Shown here in pieces: positions 12,601 through 24,200 of a DNA stretch of 64,000 nt (positions are counted from its first letter, which is position 1; every line of letters begins with the position of its first letter). Source of the stretch: Macrostomum hystrix (Eukaryota; Animalia; Platyhelminthes). The notes under the pieces were generated by a model that ran no database searches, was not told where the DNA came from, and was given only the letters and a program-made list of their open reading frames with translations. The stretch is taken from assembly GCA_950097015.1 (NCBI GenBank), contig CATNEN010000028.1, positions 248,001-312,000 of the forward strand. The letters are read 5' to 3'. The position numbers were made by a program, and so were the translations under genes.

Positions 12601-13325
12601 ATTGGTGCAGCTTTGCTAGTCTCTGACTCTGACTCTGAGGTTTCTATCATGTGTCTGACTGTCTCTTGTTGTTTCCTGTTGCATTGCATTGCATTCTGTT
12701 GTCGTTTCCTATGATGCCATCTAAAACAATTTAAAATTAAAAATAATTAAACCTGCTGACTCTGCAAGATTGCCGAAAAGGCAAGCAGTCAATTCTGAAA
12801 TTGTATTTGTAAAGAATCAATTTAAATTAGGCCTAATAATATAATAGACATGGAGACACCTGGTTGATAGTGCTGTGATTGGGTTAAAAGCTAAATTGGT
12901 ATTTGGAGGCACATTATTGGTAGATACAAGGTTTTCCATTCTGGTTTTAATAATAAAACATAATATTTTTTCCATAATAGGTTGTACACAAATCACTCTA
13001 TAGTTACTACAATCTGTGTTCTAAATGTTATATCTACATAAAATCCGATTTCATTGTTAATGGACATTTAATGGGCTCATTCTGAGCCACGAATATATTG
13101 TCTATGGTTGGAAAATGCAAAGTCTTGAACCAGTGTGCCATATAATGGTCCCGAAAATGGGGCCCATTAAACTGTATAATGGGCGCCAAATAATGGGCCG
13201 CAAATCATTTATTGTTGCGAAACATTTCAAACATGTTTAAACAAGTAGAATAAGCGACAACTAAGTAGTTAATAGTCAGTGGCAGTAGGCCCTAATGGTC
13301 AATACCCATTGTGAGGTAAACATTG

Positions 13326-13867
13326 TTAGGGCCAAGTCAAATTTGATCTCAATCCTGCCACCCTTGATGACAAGAGACTTGACCCTATGGCCAGCAGTGG
13401 ACTTAATTCCGCGTCCGTCCAGATAGACATCTGCTGCTTCAAGGTGTAGACATAGTAGTGCTGAATCATTGCCACTAAGTCCTTGGGACTACCCCGCAGG
13501 TATTTCTCTCCATTCTCCTTACAAATCTCAAAGACGAAGAATTGGAGAAGCTCATTCACCTCAGACTTTGACAGCACCTCAAGTGGCTTTATCACCATGA
13601 GTCCAGGCACGTCACCTTGCGCTTGCAACTGGACGCAACTTTCCTTCCACGTTCGAAACACCTTGACAGCCCACTTCTCCTTCGCACGCGTAGCGTCAGG
13701 CAAACTCTCCGCCATCCTAGGCCTACGCTACACGTCGTCTGCACTTAACACCTCACCAACACGAGTAGTATCAAGCAACGGCAGAAACTTCACATCAGTG
13801 GCGGGTGAGGCTTCAAAAGAGTCCAAGAATGCAGAAAAGTCTAATTCTTCTTCAGTGTCGGCCATTG
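13326..13867 (-). mobile_element. Crypton-A-like (DUF3504/KCTD1-ZMYM-QRICH1-related) tyrosine-recombinase N-terminal fragment, truncated
   Basis: ATRAKEKWAVKVFRTW...SEVNELLQFFVFEICKENGEKY...LVAMIQHY matches the pattern of the core-binding region; in-frame stop upstream and no catalytic part. Confidence 0.7.
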
Positions 13868-13922
13868 TGGATGCAAATAAACTCAAAGCTAGGCCTAGCA
13901 AGACTGATCTCTCTCTCTGACT

Positions 13923-15513
13923 GACGTCTATACTTTCAGTACCAGAACCAGTACCAGAACCAGTACCAGAAAAAATTTATGTTATAACCAATAAAAAATC
14001 GACAAGCAACTAATAAAAAGAATTCTAACAGATGAAATACTTATATATCGGTCCGAAAATATCATTATTGCGAATAAAATTAATAAATATCGACGGACTT
14101 GCGCACAACACACAAAAAATCGTTTACTTTTACTTTCACAAAACGTTTTCTAATATATTTTTTTCATAGAATAAAACAAATTTGCTCATCCAACTGAGTA
14201 AACGAATACAAAAAGCGGTTTACTAAATATCGCAACTACTAAAATCACAACTCAAAACTCACCTCACCGAATGTGTTTGTATAATTTCTTCTTTTTATAA
14301 TCATCGTAAACTTCATAAAAAAAACTAAAAATATAACCTCACTTTTGCGCTTCGCAGGATTATTACTAGTACATCATATACAGCTGAGAGCAAAGATAAG
14401 GAAGGAAACATTATCTGTGAACACGGCTGTAAAATTTCAGAGCCCTGACTAGTCGCGTCTCGGAGTTATAGACCCTCGAGTCCCCCCCACTCTGATATCT
14501 CCCATTTTAAAAACTTTTCGTCACCTCACTGAATCTGGTGGTCAGACGAGGCTGAAAACTCAGATCTGGAAGGAAACATTATCTGTGAACACGGCTGTAA
14601 AATATCAGAGCCCTGACTAGTCGCGTCTCGGAGTTGTAGACCCTCGAGTCCCCCCACTCTGATATCTCCCATTTTAAAAGTACTTTTCGTCACCTCACTG
14701 AATCTGGTGGTCAGACGAGGCTGAAAACTCAGATCTGGAAGGAAACATTATCTGTGAACACGGCTGTAAAATATCAGAGCCCTGACTAGTCGCGTCTCGG
14801 AGTTGTAGACCCTCGAGTCCCCCCCACTCTGATATCTCCCATTTTAAAAGTACTTTTCGTCACGTCACTGAATCTGGTGGTCAGATGGGGCTGAAAACTT
14901 AGATCTGGAAGGAAACATTATCTGTGAACACGGCTGTGAAATTTCAGAGCCCTGCAGACTAGTCGCGTCTCGGAGTTGTAGACGCTCGAGTCCCCCCCCA
15001 CTCTGATATCTCCCATTTTAAAAGTACTTTTCGTCACCTCACTGAATCTTTGCTCTCAGCTGTATATGATGTACGAGTAATAATCCTGCGAAGCGCAAAA
15101 GTGAGGTTATATTTTTAGTTTTTTTATGAAGTTTACGATATTATAAAAATAAGAAATTATACAAACACATTCGGTGAGTTGAGTTTTGAGTTGTGATTTT
15201 AGTAGTTGCGATATTTAGTAAACCGCTTTTTGTATTCGTTTACTCAGTTGGATGAGCAAATTTGTTTTATTCTATGAAAAAAATATATTAGAAAACGTTT
15301 TGTGAAAGTAAACGATTTTTTTGTGTGTTGTGCGCAAGTCCGTCGATATTTATTAATTTTATTCGCAACAATGATATTTTCGGACCGATATATAAGTATT
15401 TCATCTGTTAGAATTCTTTTTATTAGTTGCTTGTCGATTTTTTGTTGGCTATAACATAATTTTTTTCTGGTACTGGTTCTGGTACTGGTTCTGGTACTGG
15501 AAGTATAGACGTC
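13923..15513. mobile_element. Foldback / large MITE-like element: ~470-bp TIRs (13923-14397, 15046-15513) around ~3.8 copies of a 168-170-bp unit
   Basis: Ends GACGTCTATACTTTCAGTACCAGAACCAG... and ...CTGGTTCTGGTACTGGAAGTATAGACGTC; arms are near-perfect reverse complements; internal units start at 14400, 14568, 14737, 14907. Confidence 0.9.
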
Positions 15514-16439
15514 CTAAATATAACCACTTCATGATCAATTGGAAGAATACAAGCGAAGCAAGTCAATGAGTTCACAAGCTAATTATATGATATTAATATT
15601 CAAATTAAAATACGAGAAAATTCAAATATCAAATCTGATATCTGTACATCTACTGTACATCTGATATCAAAACTACACAACACAATTTCAAGACCAGAAT
15701 GTAAAGACTAATTGTTCATTCATTCTACTTAATCATTCAGCCTTATTATTTTTTACATTATTTCGACATTTAGTCTGTTTAGCTTTTGTTTTAGTAAAGA
15801 GGTGAAACTGAACTAAAACTGCAGTTTAGGTTCATTTTCACGAACTCACCCTTATAGACACCCAATAAAAAACAGCACCATTCTTTCACATTTCGTTTTT
15901 TCTCTCGCATATATTCCAATAATAATTTCAGAACATAGAATTTTAGAATTCCAATAATAATTAATTAATAAGCACTTTCCATTGGCAATGCTGATTTGTT
16001 GCAAATCGTCAGGTGACGTGTAAAAAACGGACTTTATTCATAATCATAGTGTTCCAGATAAATAGGCAATACTGTCACTACTATTCAGTAGTTCAGATGG
16101 GAATGTTTGTAATAGAAAGCTATAATTAAATGCTAAAAAAACAAAAATGCTTGATCTAGGTATTTACAGCACTGCCACAAAGCATTCTTTCATATGCCCT
16201 TGAGGTTTGGGATTCTAGTAGGGCCTAGGCCTATCCTAGTCATATTTTAACTGCCATTTTGTCAACTTGGGTTGTAGCAACTGATTCCTTTAGTTGGTCG
16301 ACTATGTTATCATGAATGTAATGATTAAAAAGCAGTCTCTTTTTTTAAATTAGGACAATAAGTGTTGCAGGTAATAATAATTAATAATAATTGATTACAC
16401 CTGCCCCAATTGGGTCAGATGTGCAGCCGACAGCACAGT

Positions 16440-16678
16440 CGCAGCTAATGCTCAGCGCATCTGAAGGCTGCGTACAGCTGTTCAGTCCACGGACTGGGGG
16501 ACGCCACACCCACCTTCAATTATCCCAGCTGATGCTGGTACCCATTTAACAGCTGGGTGAACTGAAGCAATGCAGAGTTAAGTGTCTTGCTAAAGGATGC
16601 AAATTGTTCCAGTGGAGTCGGGAATCAAATCCCCGACCTTCAAGTCGTGAGTCCGACACCCTAACCACTAGGCTACAA
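16440..16678 (-). mobile_element. tRNA-derived SINE family 2 with Meta/V-like central domain; possible degenerate relative at ~650-790
   Basis: Minus strand reads TAGCCTAGTGGTTAGG...GGATTTGATTCCC then CTTTAGCAAGACACTTAACTC...TCAGTTCACCCAGCTGTTAAATGGGTACC. Confidence 0.7.
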
Positions 16679-17196
16679 CCTCTGCATGTTGCATGTACAA
16701 TAGTCATAGACTCTTAAACAGCTCAACCTTTTTTTCTTTTCTTGGCCATGGCCGAGTTACAAGCACAAAGATTGTCATCTCATATGGATCTAGTATAGTT
16801 TATTCATGTAGTATTAAATAAATAATATGTAAATATGTAAATACATGTAGCACAAAGACACAAAGTCACAAAGAAAGGAGGCAGAGGGGAGAGGGAGTGA
16901 GAAAATTTTATTTTGCTTTTAAAATGAAATTTAACTTAATTCAGCTTATTTGGCTTGCCCACCAAAATGGGGAATGTGGCCTAGGCGACTGCAGCTGACC
17001 AGAAAGCTACACATAGAGAGCTTGCCAGCTCAATAAATTGCCCAGTTATGTGTGGCTCGCAGGTATGGGCCCTAGTGTTCAATGGCTGTGGTGCGACATT
17101 TGAACCTGGAATTGTAGCTAGTGGAACAGTAATTCTGCTTGCCATTTTTTTTCATAGTTAAATCCCATCACAAAATCCCCCTGTCTATATGATGCA

Positions 17197-17615
17197 TCAC
17201 TGCGTCTTTCCCATTATTTGTTCCACTGGCAATATGGAAGTAAGTCTTCTCCTGAAGACCCACAAGAAACTGCTGAGGTACTGGTACTGGTACTGCTCGA
17301 GTTCGCTCTCTTGAAGCCTTTGTGGCTCCTGGAAGTGACCCACATCAGCAGCGTACAGTTCAGCCAGGATCTGATCTATATCTGGCTCCACAGGTTGCTG
17401 CACTGCTGGTAGCTAGGCTGCAGCTGGCTCGGCACCTCTGCGGCAGGCATGGCAACGCCAGTCGAATTCATCCAAGTGCATGAGTCATTGATACTCTACC
17501 AAAGACACATTCGTTCGCATGTCCTGTGTTGCCACTGGTGGTATTGATTGCACTGAAGGGCTTGCTGGCGAGGTCGCACAAGGGCATTGCATTCAATGCA
17601 ATTATCTGCCTGCAT
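17197..17615 (-). pseudogene. Decayed PHD-finger ORF, probably the N-terminus of a DNA-transposon protein (MULE-type by inference)
   Basis: MQADNCIECNALVRPRQQALQCNQYHQWQHRTC...EYQ*LMHLDEFDWRCHACR with stops and frameshifts. Confidence 0.6.
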
Positions 17616-18240
17616 TTTCAGATTTGATTGTTTGTGCTCATGTGGTTTCATTCCGGTTGCCCTTATATACTAAATAACTAAATAGGTTGCACGTCGGAGT
17701 GATGTAAGAGTTGAAAGACAGGTGCCAACACGATGTGGGGAGGGCTGGTTCTGTTCTAACTTTGAAAACTTTTGTTTTATAGATGCCGTAGTGTCCACGA
17801 GTCACTTCGTCATCCATCCTTTGAGATATTTGAGATTGTCATCTGGATGACGAAGTTGTTAGATGACGAAGTGTCCGGGGACAATATTTTATAGTTGCAT
17901 GTATATGGACCAAAATATGTATTTAAAATAGTCATAGACTATTTGAACCCTAATTTAAATATTAAGATATAGGGTTAGCTTATAATTTGCTATAGATTAG
18001 CTTTGATTAAAACCCTTAGTCCATGTATAGATTAGTCTTGTTTGTCTAGAGTTATTGCTATTGAATTAGGTATATTTTTGCTCTATATAGTATAGCTTCT
18101 TGGTGTCATAGCTAGTTATGTATAGATAAAAATGTATCTAGAACAATTTTGTTTTGACATTCTGTAGTTAAAATGACAATTCAAATAATAATTTATCATT
18201 TTACACTGTTTAACACATGCAATTGCATATTTTACTTCAG

Positions 18241-21200
18241 TATAGAAGAAAGAAAGCATTTGTTCGAAATGCTGCCAAAGCACGATTCAGCTACTTATCC
18301 ATGGAGTTTGCAGTTGTGTACAATTTACCGCAACAGTTCGATGTGCAGCAATAAGCTGTGCCGCTGTCTTCACATCTGCCCAAACTGGTTAGCAGGATAT
18401 TGCAAAGCTCAGACAAATTGTCGTATGGCTCATTCCACACTGACTCTGCACAATATCCAGGTGTTGCAGCACTACATGCCAAAACTGTCAAAAGATTGCG
18501 AATTCAGGCGTCACAAGTGCATCCTTTCAGCCTTTGTTCGGCCCTGCACGCATAACTGGGGCGGCAAATGCCGTGTGGGTCCAGCTAAATGCCCCAATCT
18601 CCATTGCTGTCCTGCTACAGCTCGCGGCAGACCGTGTCCCCGAGCCGACCAGTGTAAACTCGGCCATCAGTTGGACAGGGCGGTGTTTAAACGGCGAAAT
18701 ATTAATATTCCGGATGGCTGGGAAGACGTGCAGGTGAATTCTAAATATTTGTGCATGGCTACTTTTGTGTACGACTTCCTTTCAAAACATTAAATTTACT
18801 CATTTTAACAGTAGGACTATCAAGCCATATTGCCGCCTGCCCACCTGAACATACCGCCCCCTATACCGAACCGCCTGAAAATTTTGTTGGCAGCGCCTGA
18901 ATGTTAATAGCGCCAAATATTTAGGCTTCATTAGTGGCAGTTTGACCTTTTTTAGCCCTTGAAGGTCCAGCAGTCCGTCTAGATAAAGGTAGGTGACCAC
19001 CAAAGATGGAGATGTAAGGAGATGCAGGCAAGTTTGGGAACAGGCTGATAAATTTTGAAGGCCTAGTGATGTGTCGTGCAGTGATGTGAAGATAATCCAG
19101 TCGAATGCTTGCAAGTTGGCGAGCTTGCTTATTTGGGCTTGAGTCGTGGTAACACGCGTTGGACTAGCTTACGGGCAAGCACTTATCGAGGGCACTGGGG
19201 AGCTGGGGCCATAGACAACTACTATTATAGAATAGGAAAACAAGACGAACAATTATAAGTACATTTACAAAGCACGTAGCTACACTACACGTCACCTAGC
19301 AAGGCCGCACTGAGGCGCAGTGCTAATTCCTTTATAGAGGTGTATACACTCAGCAACATTTAAAACGCAACACTCTAACTAGAAGAAAAATCAACTCACC
19401 CAGAAGAGTCAAAGCGCATAGTCTATGGTTCAAATCGAGCTTCAGAAACGCGTGTAGCCTCCTCTCGCAAGTAACAGGGCGTTGACTCGACGTGGCATTC
19501 CCAGAACAAGGCGTCGAAAAAAGTCCTGGGGAATTTCCTGCCACGCGTTAGCAACAGCGTTTCGCAGTTCAGCGACTGTCTGCGGCGGATTCTGCCGTTG
19601 AACACTCCGCTTGATAAAGTCCCAGACATGTTCAATTAGGTTCATATCAGGGGATCTTGAAGGCCACCGAAGATGCAGTTTGCAGTTTGCGACGCCACCA
19701 AAGTGGTTGTTAACAAAAGGGAGCAGATGCGTCTGCAGCAAACGAGCGTACTCATCGCCGTTCACGTTTGCGTCTAAGAAAACCAACTGGGTCCTGCCTC
19801 GCATTGAAATCCCTGCCCACACGTGTACGGAGGGTCCCTGCCCATCGCAGCTTTGCACGTGCTGCTGCAGAAGCTCTTGCAAAGGCTCACGCCAGACGCG
19901 AATTCGACCATCACTGCGAAAAAGACGAAACCGACTCTCGTCTGTAAAGATAACGCGCTGCCACTGTCCTTGCCGCCAGTGCGCCCGCTGCATGGCCCAC
20001 AGTTCCCTGTTAGCGACATGTGCAGGACTCAGGCGCGACCTCCTCCGCATTTTTCTTGACCGCAATCCTGCAGCGTGAATCCTGCGGCGAATCGTCTGCG
20101 CGCTGAGAACGTTGCCTCTGCGGCTTCTCTCTGCCCACATCAATCGCAGGAGTGTGGCATGCAGTGTGGGGTTTCCACGCACTATTCTCAGCAGGCGTCG
20201 ATCTGCCCTCGCTGTTGTACTGCGAAGTTGGTGAAGCACCGTACCTTTTCTCGCGTGAGCCACGCTTCCAGTGGCTCTGCTCTTCTGTAGCAGACGTAAA
20301 ACTGTTGAAGGCGACCTCCCGAAGTGGTTCGCAACTGTTCGAAGAGTACAACCTGCTTCCAACATTCCGACTGCTCGCCATCTTTCCGCGTCTGTCATCT
20401 GTTGAACCATTCTCTCAGCTGGATCACTCTATCTGAAAACAGTCCATAGTCATCGCCCTGTTACTTGCGAGAGGAAGCTACACGCGTTTCTGAAGCTCGA
20501 TTTGAACCATAGACTATGCGCTTTGACTCTTCTGGGTGAGTTGATTTTTCTTCTAGTTAGAGTGTTGCGTTTTAAATGTTGCTGAGTGTATATGAAATAC
20601 ACTAGCGCTTGTGGGAAAAATCTGACTTTAGCCAGAACCATTGAATATCTCGACGGTCTAAAGAGCTGGCGACTTGGTTTTTGTTTCAGAAGATGCGCAA
20701 CAAAAATTTGGCCGTGTTCTTGAGTTTCGTGGGCTTGCGCTTGCAGCAAAAAATCCCCTTTTGGTATTTCTACTGTTAATGTAAAAAACCGATATTAATT
20801 TATTTAAAGCTAAACAGGATAGTGAGGAACAATTAAACTGCATGTGGTGAAGAACCGGTCAAGGACCAATCAAACGACGGATTGTTTAGAACCAATCAGA
20901 AAACGGGCAGCAAAGAACCTATATAAACAACACGGCTAATATATGTATTGCCTGGAACCGCATTTCAGATTGCCTGGCGATTTATAGTTATCAGCGATCC
21001 ATACAATGCGGCCATGCTGCGCCAAGCCCACGCCTGCCATTGCCGTCGGTGCCAACCTCCGGATGCCGGCGACGCAGCTGACAGCCGGGCCGAATCTTTG
21101 GCCTCTAACACCGACGAGCGATCCAGTATCGATGACTTAGATATCGATTTGGACGATGTGGCATCTTCCAGTGGCGATTTTGTAGACGATTTCGCCGCCG

Positions 21201-24200
21201 AGAAAACGGGCGCCGACGTTGAAGGAGCTGTCGGAGGCGGTGACTCATCATTTAATGAAGACAATATGATGGTGGCTAACGACCTAAACTATCTTGACAA
21301 TATGGAATCGCCGATGAGTACAATGAGAGAGCCGCGTAACATTGTAAGTCGATTAGAAAATGCGAGGCTTGAGATGTGAGTGGCAGAGCGTTTGTGTCTG
21401 GCACCAAGTCGCCTTGAATATTAAAGGCGCAGCAGTGGAGACAATGCTTGGGGGCTTGTCGTGCAGGTTATTCCGACGAGGGTCAAATCCCCAATGCCCT
21501 GTCGGGGCAGATGTACAGACTTGTCTTAGTGGGTGCCTGAATGCAGTATCTGTGTGCGCGTGTGCTCAGGAGTCAGCGTAATGGTACAGAATTGCCTCCT
21601 CGCTGGCTGTGGGTCAACGGTCAATAAAAATGGCAAGTGCCAATAGACCTGCAATTATATATCCATATTATTCTAATAATAATTGCCATTGTATTGTAAT
21701 ATCAATTATTTATCTCCCCTAGGCTGGTCCATACGAGGAGAAGCCAGAGCCATACAAGGACGCGCTGGACTTTGAAAATGTGTTCCGGCACATCCGACAG
21801 GCGCCCCTGCTTACCCTGGACAATGTGCTGAAATTTCTGTTGTCCTCTGAAGGCAGCGCCTCCGTGGCCGACTTTCTGAGCCACTTTGCTCTGCAAAGCA
21901 GCTTCCCACTGGACCAGTGGCTGTCTGATCAGCCAGCTGAGCAGCTCATTCTGTCCCGCGGCCGTCTCAATGCCTATCCACGAGTTCGAATCTGCCAGTT
22001 CTACAATGGCGTCAAGAAGAGCTGCCGGAATGTCGAGTGCCCACGCCTGCACGTCTGCCTGTGGTGGCTGGCTGACCCGAATGGGTCGGTTCACAAGGGA
22101 CATTGCGGCCTGGCCCATGGCCTGAGTGACGCCCACAACAAGGAGGTCAGCGACACAAGAGTGCTTTTTGTGTGCTTTGTCAGTCACCCGGGAACTGGCC
22201 TCTAAAAGTTTCCTAACAGCTCTAGGAATTCCCTAAATGGTATGATTTGTAAAATCCCCTTCCTGTAGTCTTTAGGATTCGCCATCCCGAATTGTGAAAT
22301 CCCCATTCTGGAGTCTTTAGGATTCGCCATTCCGAGTTTTGAAATCCCATTCTGGAGTCTTTAGGATTCGCCATTCCGAGTTTTGAAATCCCATTCTGGA
22401 GTCTTTAGGATTCGCCATCCCGAGTTGTGAAATCCCCATTCTGGAGTCTTTAGGATTCGCCATCCCGAATTGTGAAATCCCCATTCTGGAGTCTTTAGGA
22501 TTCGCCATTCCGAGTTTTGAAATCCCATTCTGGAGTCTTTAGGATTCGCCATCCCGAGTTGTGAAATCCCCATTCTGGAGTCTTTAGGATTCGCCATCCC
22601 GAGTTGTGAAATCCCCATTCTGGAGTCTTTAGGATTCGCCATCCCGAGTTGTGAAATCCCCATTCTGGAGTCTTTAGGATTCGCCATCCTGAATTGTGAA
22701 ATCCCCATTCTGGAGTCTTTAGGATTCGCCATCCTGAATTGTAAAATCCCCATTCTGGAGTCTTTAGGATTCGCCATCCTGAATTGTAAAATCCCCATTC
22801 TGGAGTCTTTAGGATTCGCCATCCTGAATTGTAAAATCCCCATTCTGGAGTCTTTAGGATTCGCCATCCTGAATTGTAAAATCCCCATTCTGGAGTCTTT
22901 AGGATTCGCCATCCCGAGTTGTAAAATCCCCATTCTGGAGTCTTTAGGATTCGCCATCCCGAGTTGTGAAATCCCCATTCTGGAGTCTTTAGGATTCGCC
23001 ATCCCGAGTTGTGAAATCCCCATTCTGGAGTCTTTAGGATTCGCCATCCTGAATTGTGAAATCCCCATTCTGGAGTCTTTAGGATTCGCCATCCTGAATT
23101 GTAAAATCCCCATTCTGGAGTCTTTAGGATTCGCCATCCTGAATTGTAAAATCCCCATTCTGGAGTCTTTAGGATTCGCCATCCTGAATTGTAAAATCCC
23201 CATTCTGGAGTCTTTAGGATTCGCCATCCTGAATTGTAAAATCCCCATTCTGGAGTCTTTAGGATTCGCCATCCCGAGTTGTAAAATCCCCATTCTGGAG
23301 TCTTTAGGATTCGCCATCCCGAGTTGTAAAATCCCCATTCTGGAGTCTTTAGGATTCGCCATCCTGAATTGTAAAATCCCCATTCTGGAGTCTTTAGGAT
23401 TCGCCATCCCGAGTTGTAAAATCCCCATTCTGGAGTCTTTAGGATTCGCCATCCTGAATTGTGAAATCCCCATTCTGGAGTCTTTAGGATTCGCCATCCT
23501 GAGTTGTAAAATCCCCATTCTGGAGTCTTTAGGATTCGCCATTCCGAATTGTGAAATCCCCATTCTGGAGTCTTTAGGATTCGCCATCCCGAGTTGTGAA
23601 ATCCCCATTCTGGAGTCTTTAGGATTCGCCATCCCGAGTTGTGAAATCCCCATTCTGGAGTCTTTAGGATTCGCCATCCCGAGTTGTGAAATCCCCATTC
23701 TGGAGTCTTTAGGATTCGCCATCCCGAGTTGTTAAATCCCCATTCTGGAGTCTTTAGGATTCGCCATCCCGAGTTGTGAAATCCCCATTCTGGAGTCTTT
23801 AGGATTCGCCATCCCGAGTTGTGAAATCCCCATTCTGGAGTCTTTAGGATTCGCCATCCCGAGTTGTTAAATCCCCATTCTGGAGTCTTTAGGATTCGCC
23901 ATCCCGAGTTGTGAAATCCCCATTCTGGAGTCTTTAGGATTCGCCATCCCGAGTTGTGAAATCCCCATTCTGGAGTCTTTAGGATTCGCCATCCCGAGTT
24001 GTGAAATCCCCATTCTGGAGTCTTTAGGATTCGCCATCCCGAGTTGTGAAATCCCCATTCTGGAGTCTTTAGGATTCGCCATCCTTTGAATTCTTTGGGA
24101 TTCCCAATCTCGATGCTACCGCTCTCTTCAACCAATATACATCTCAAATCTTATTCTGGAAATCCGAACGATGCGACAGGTTTTGTCCCAGCTCGGTTTG

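Noticed and set aside
17793-17875. 13-bp perfect inverted repeat (acttcgtcatcca / tggatgacgaagt)
   Set aside because: Too short and isolated to assign; probably a transposon remnant.
18800-19300. Possible LINE fragment in the gene B intron
   Set aside because: Only a vague resemblance; no diagnostic RT motif could be read.
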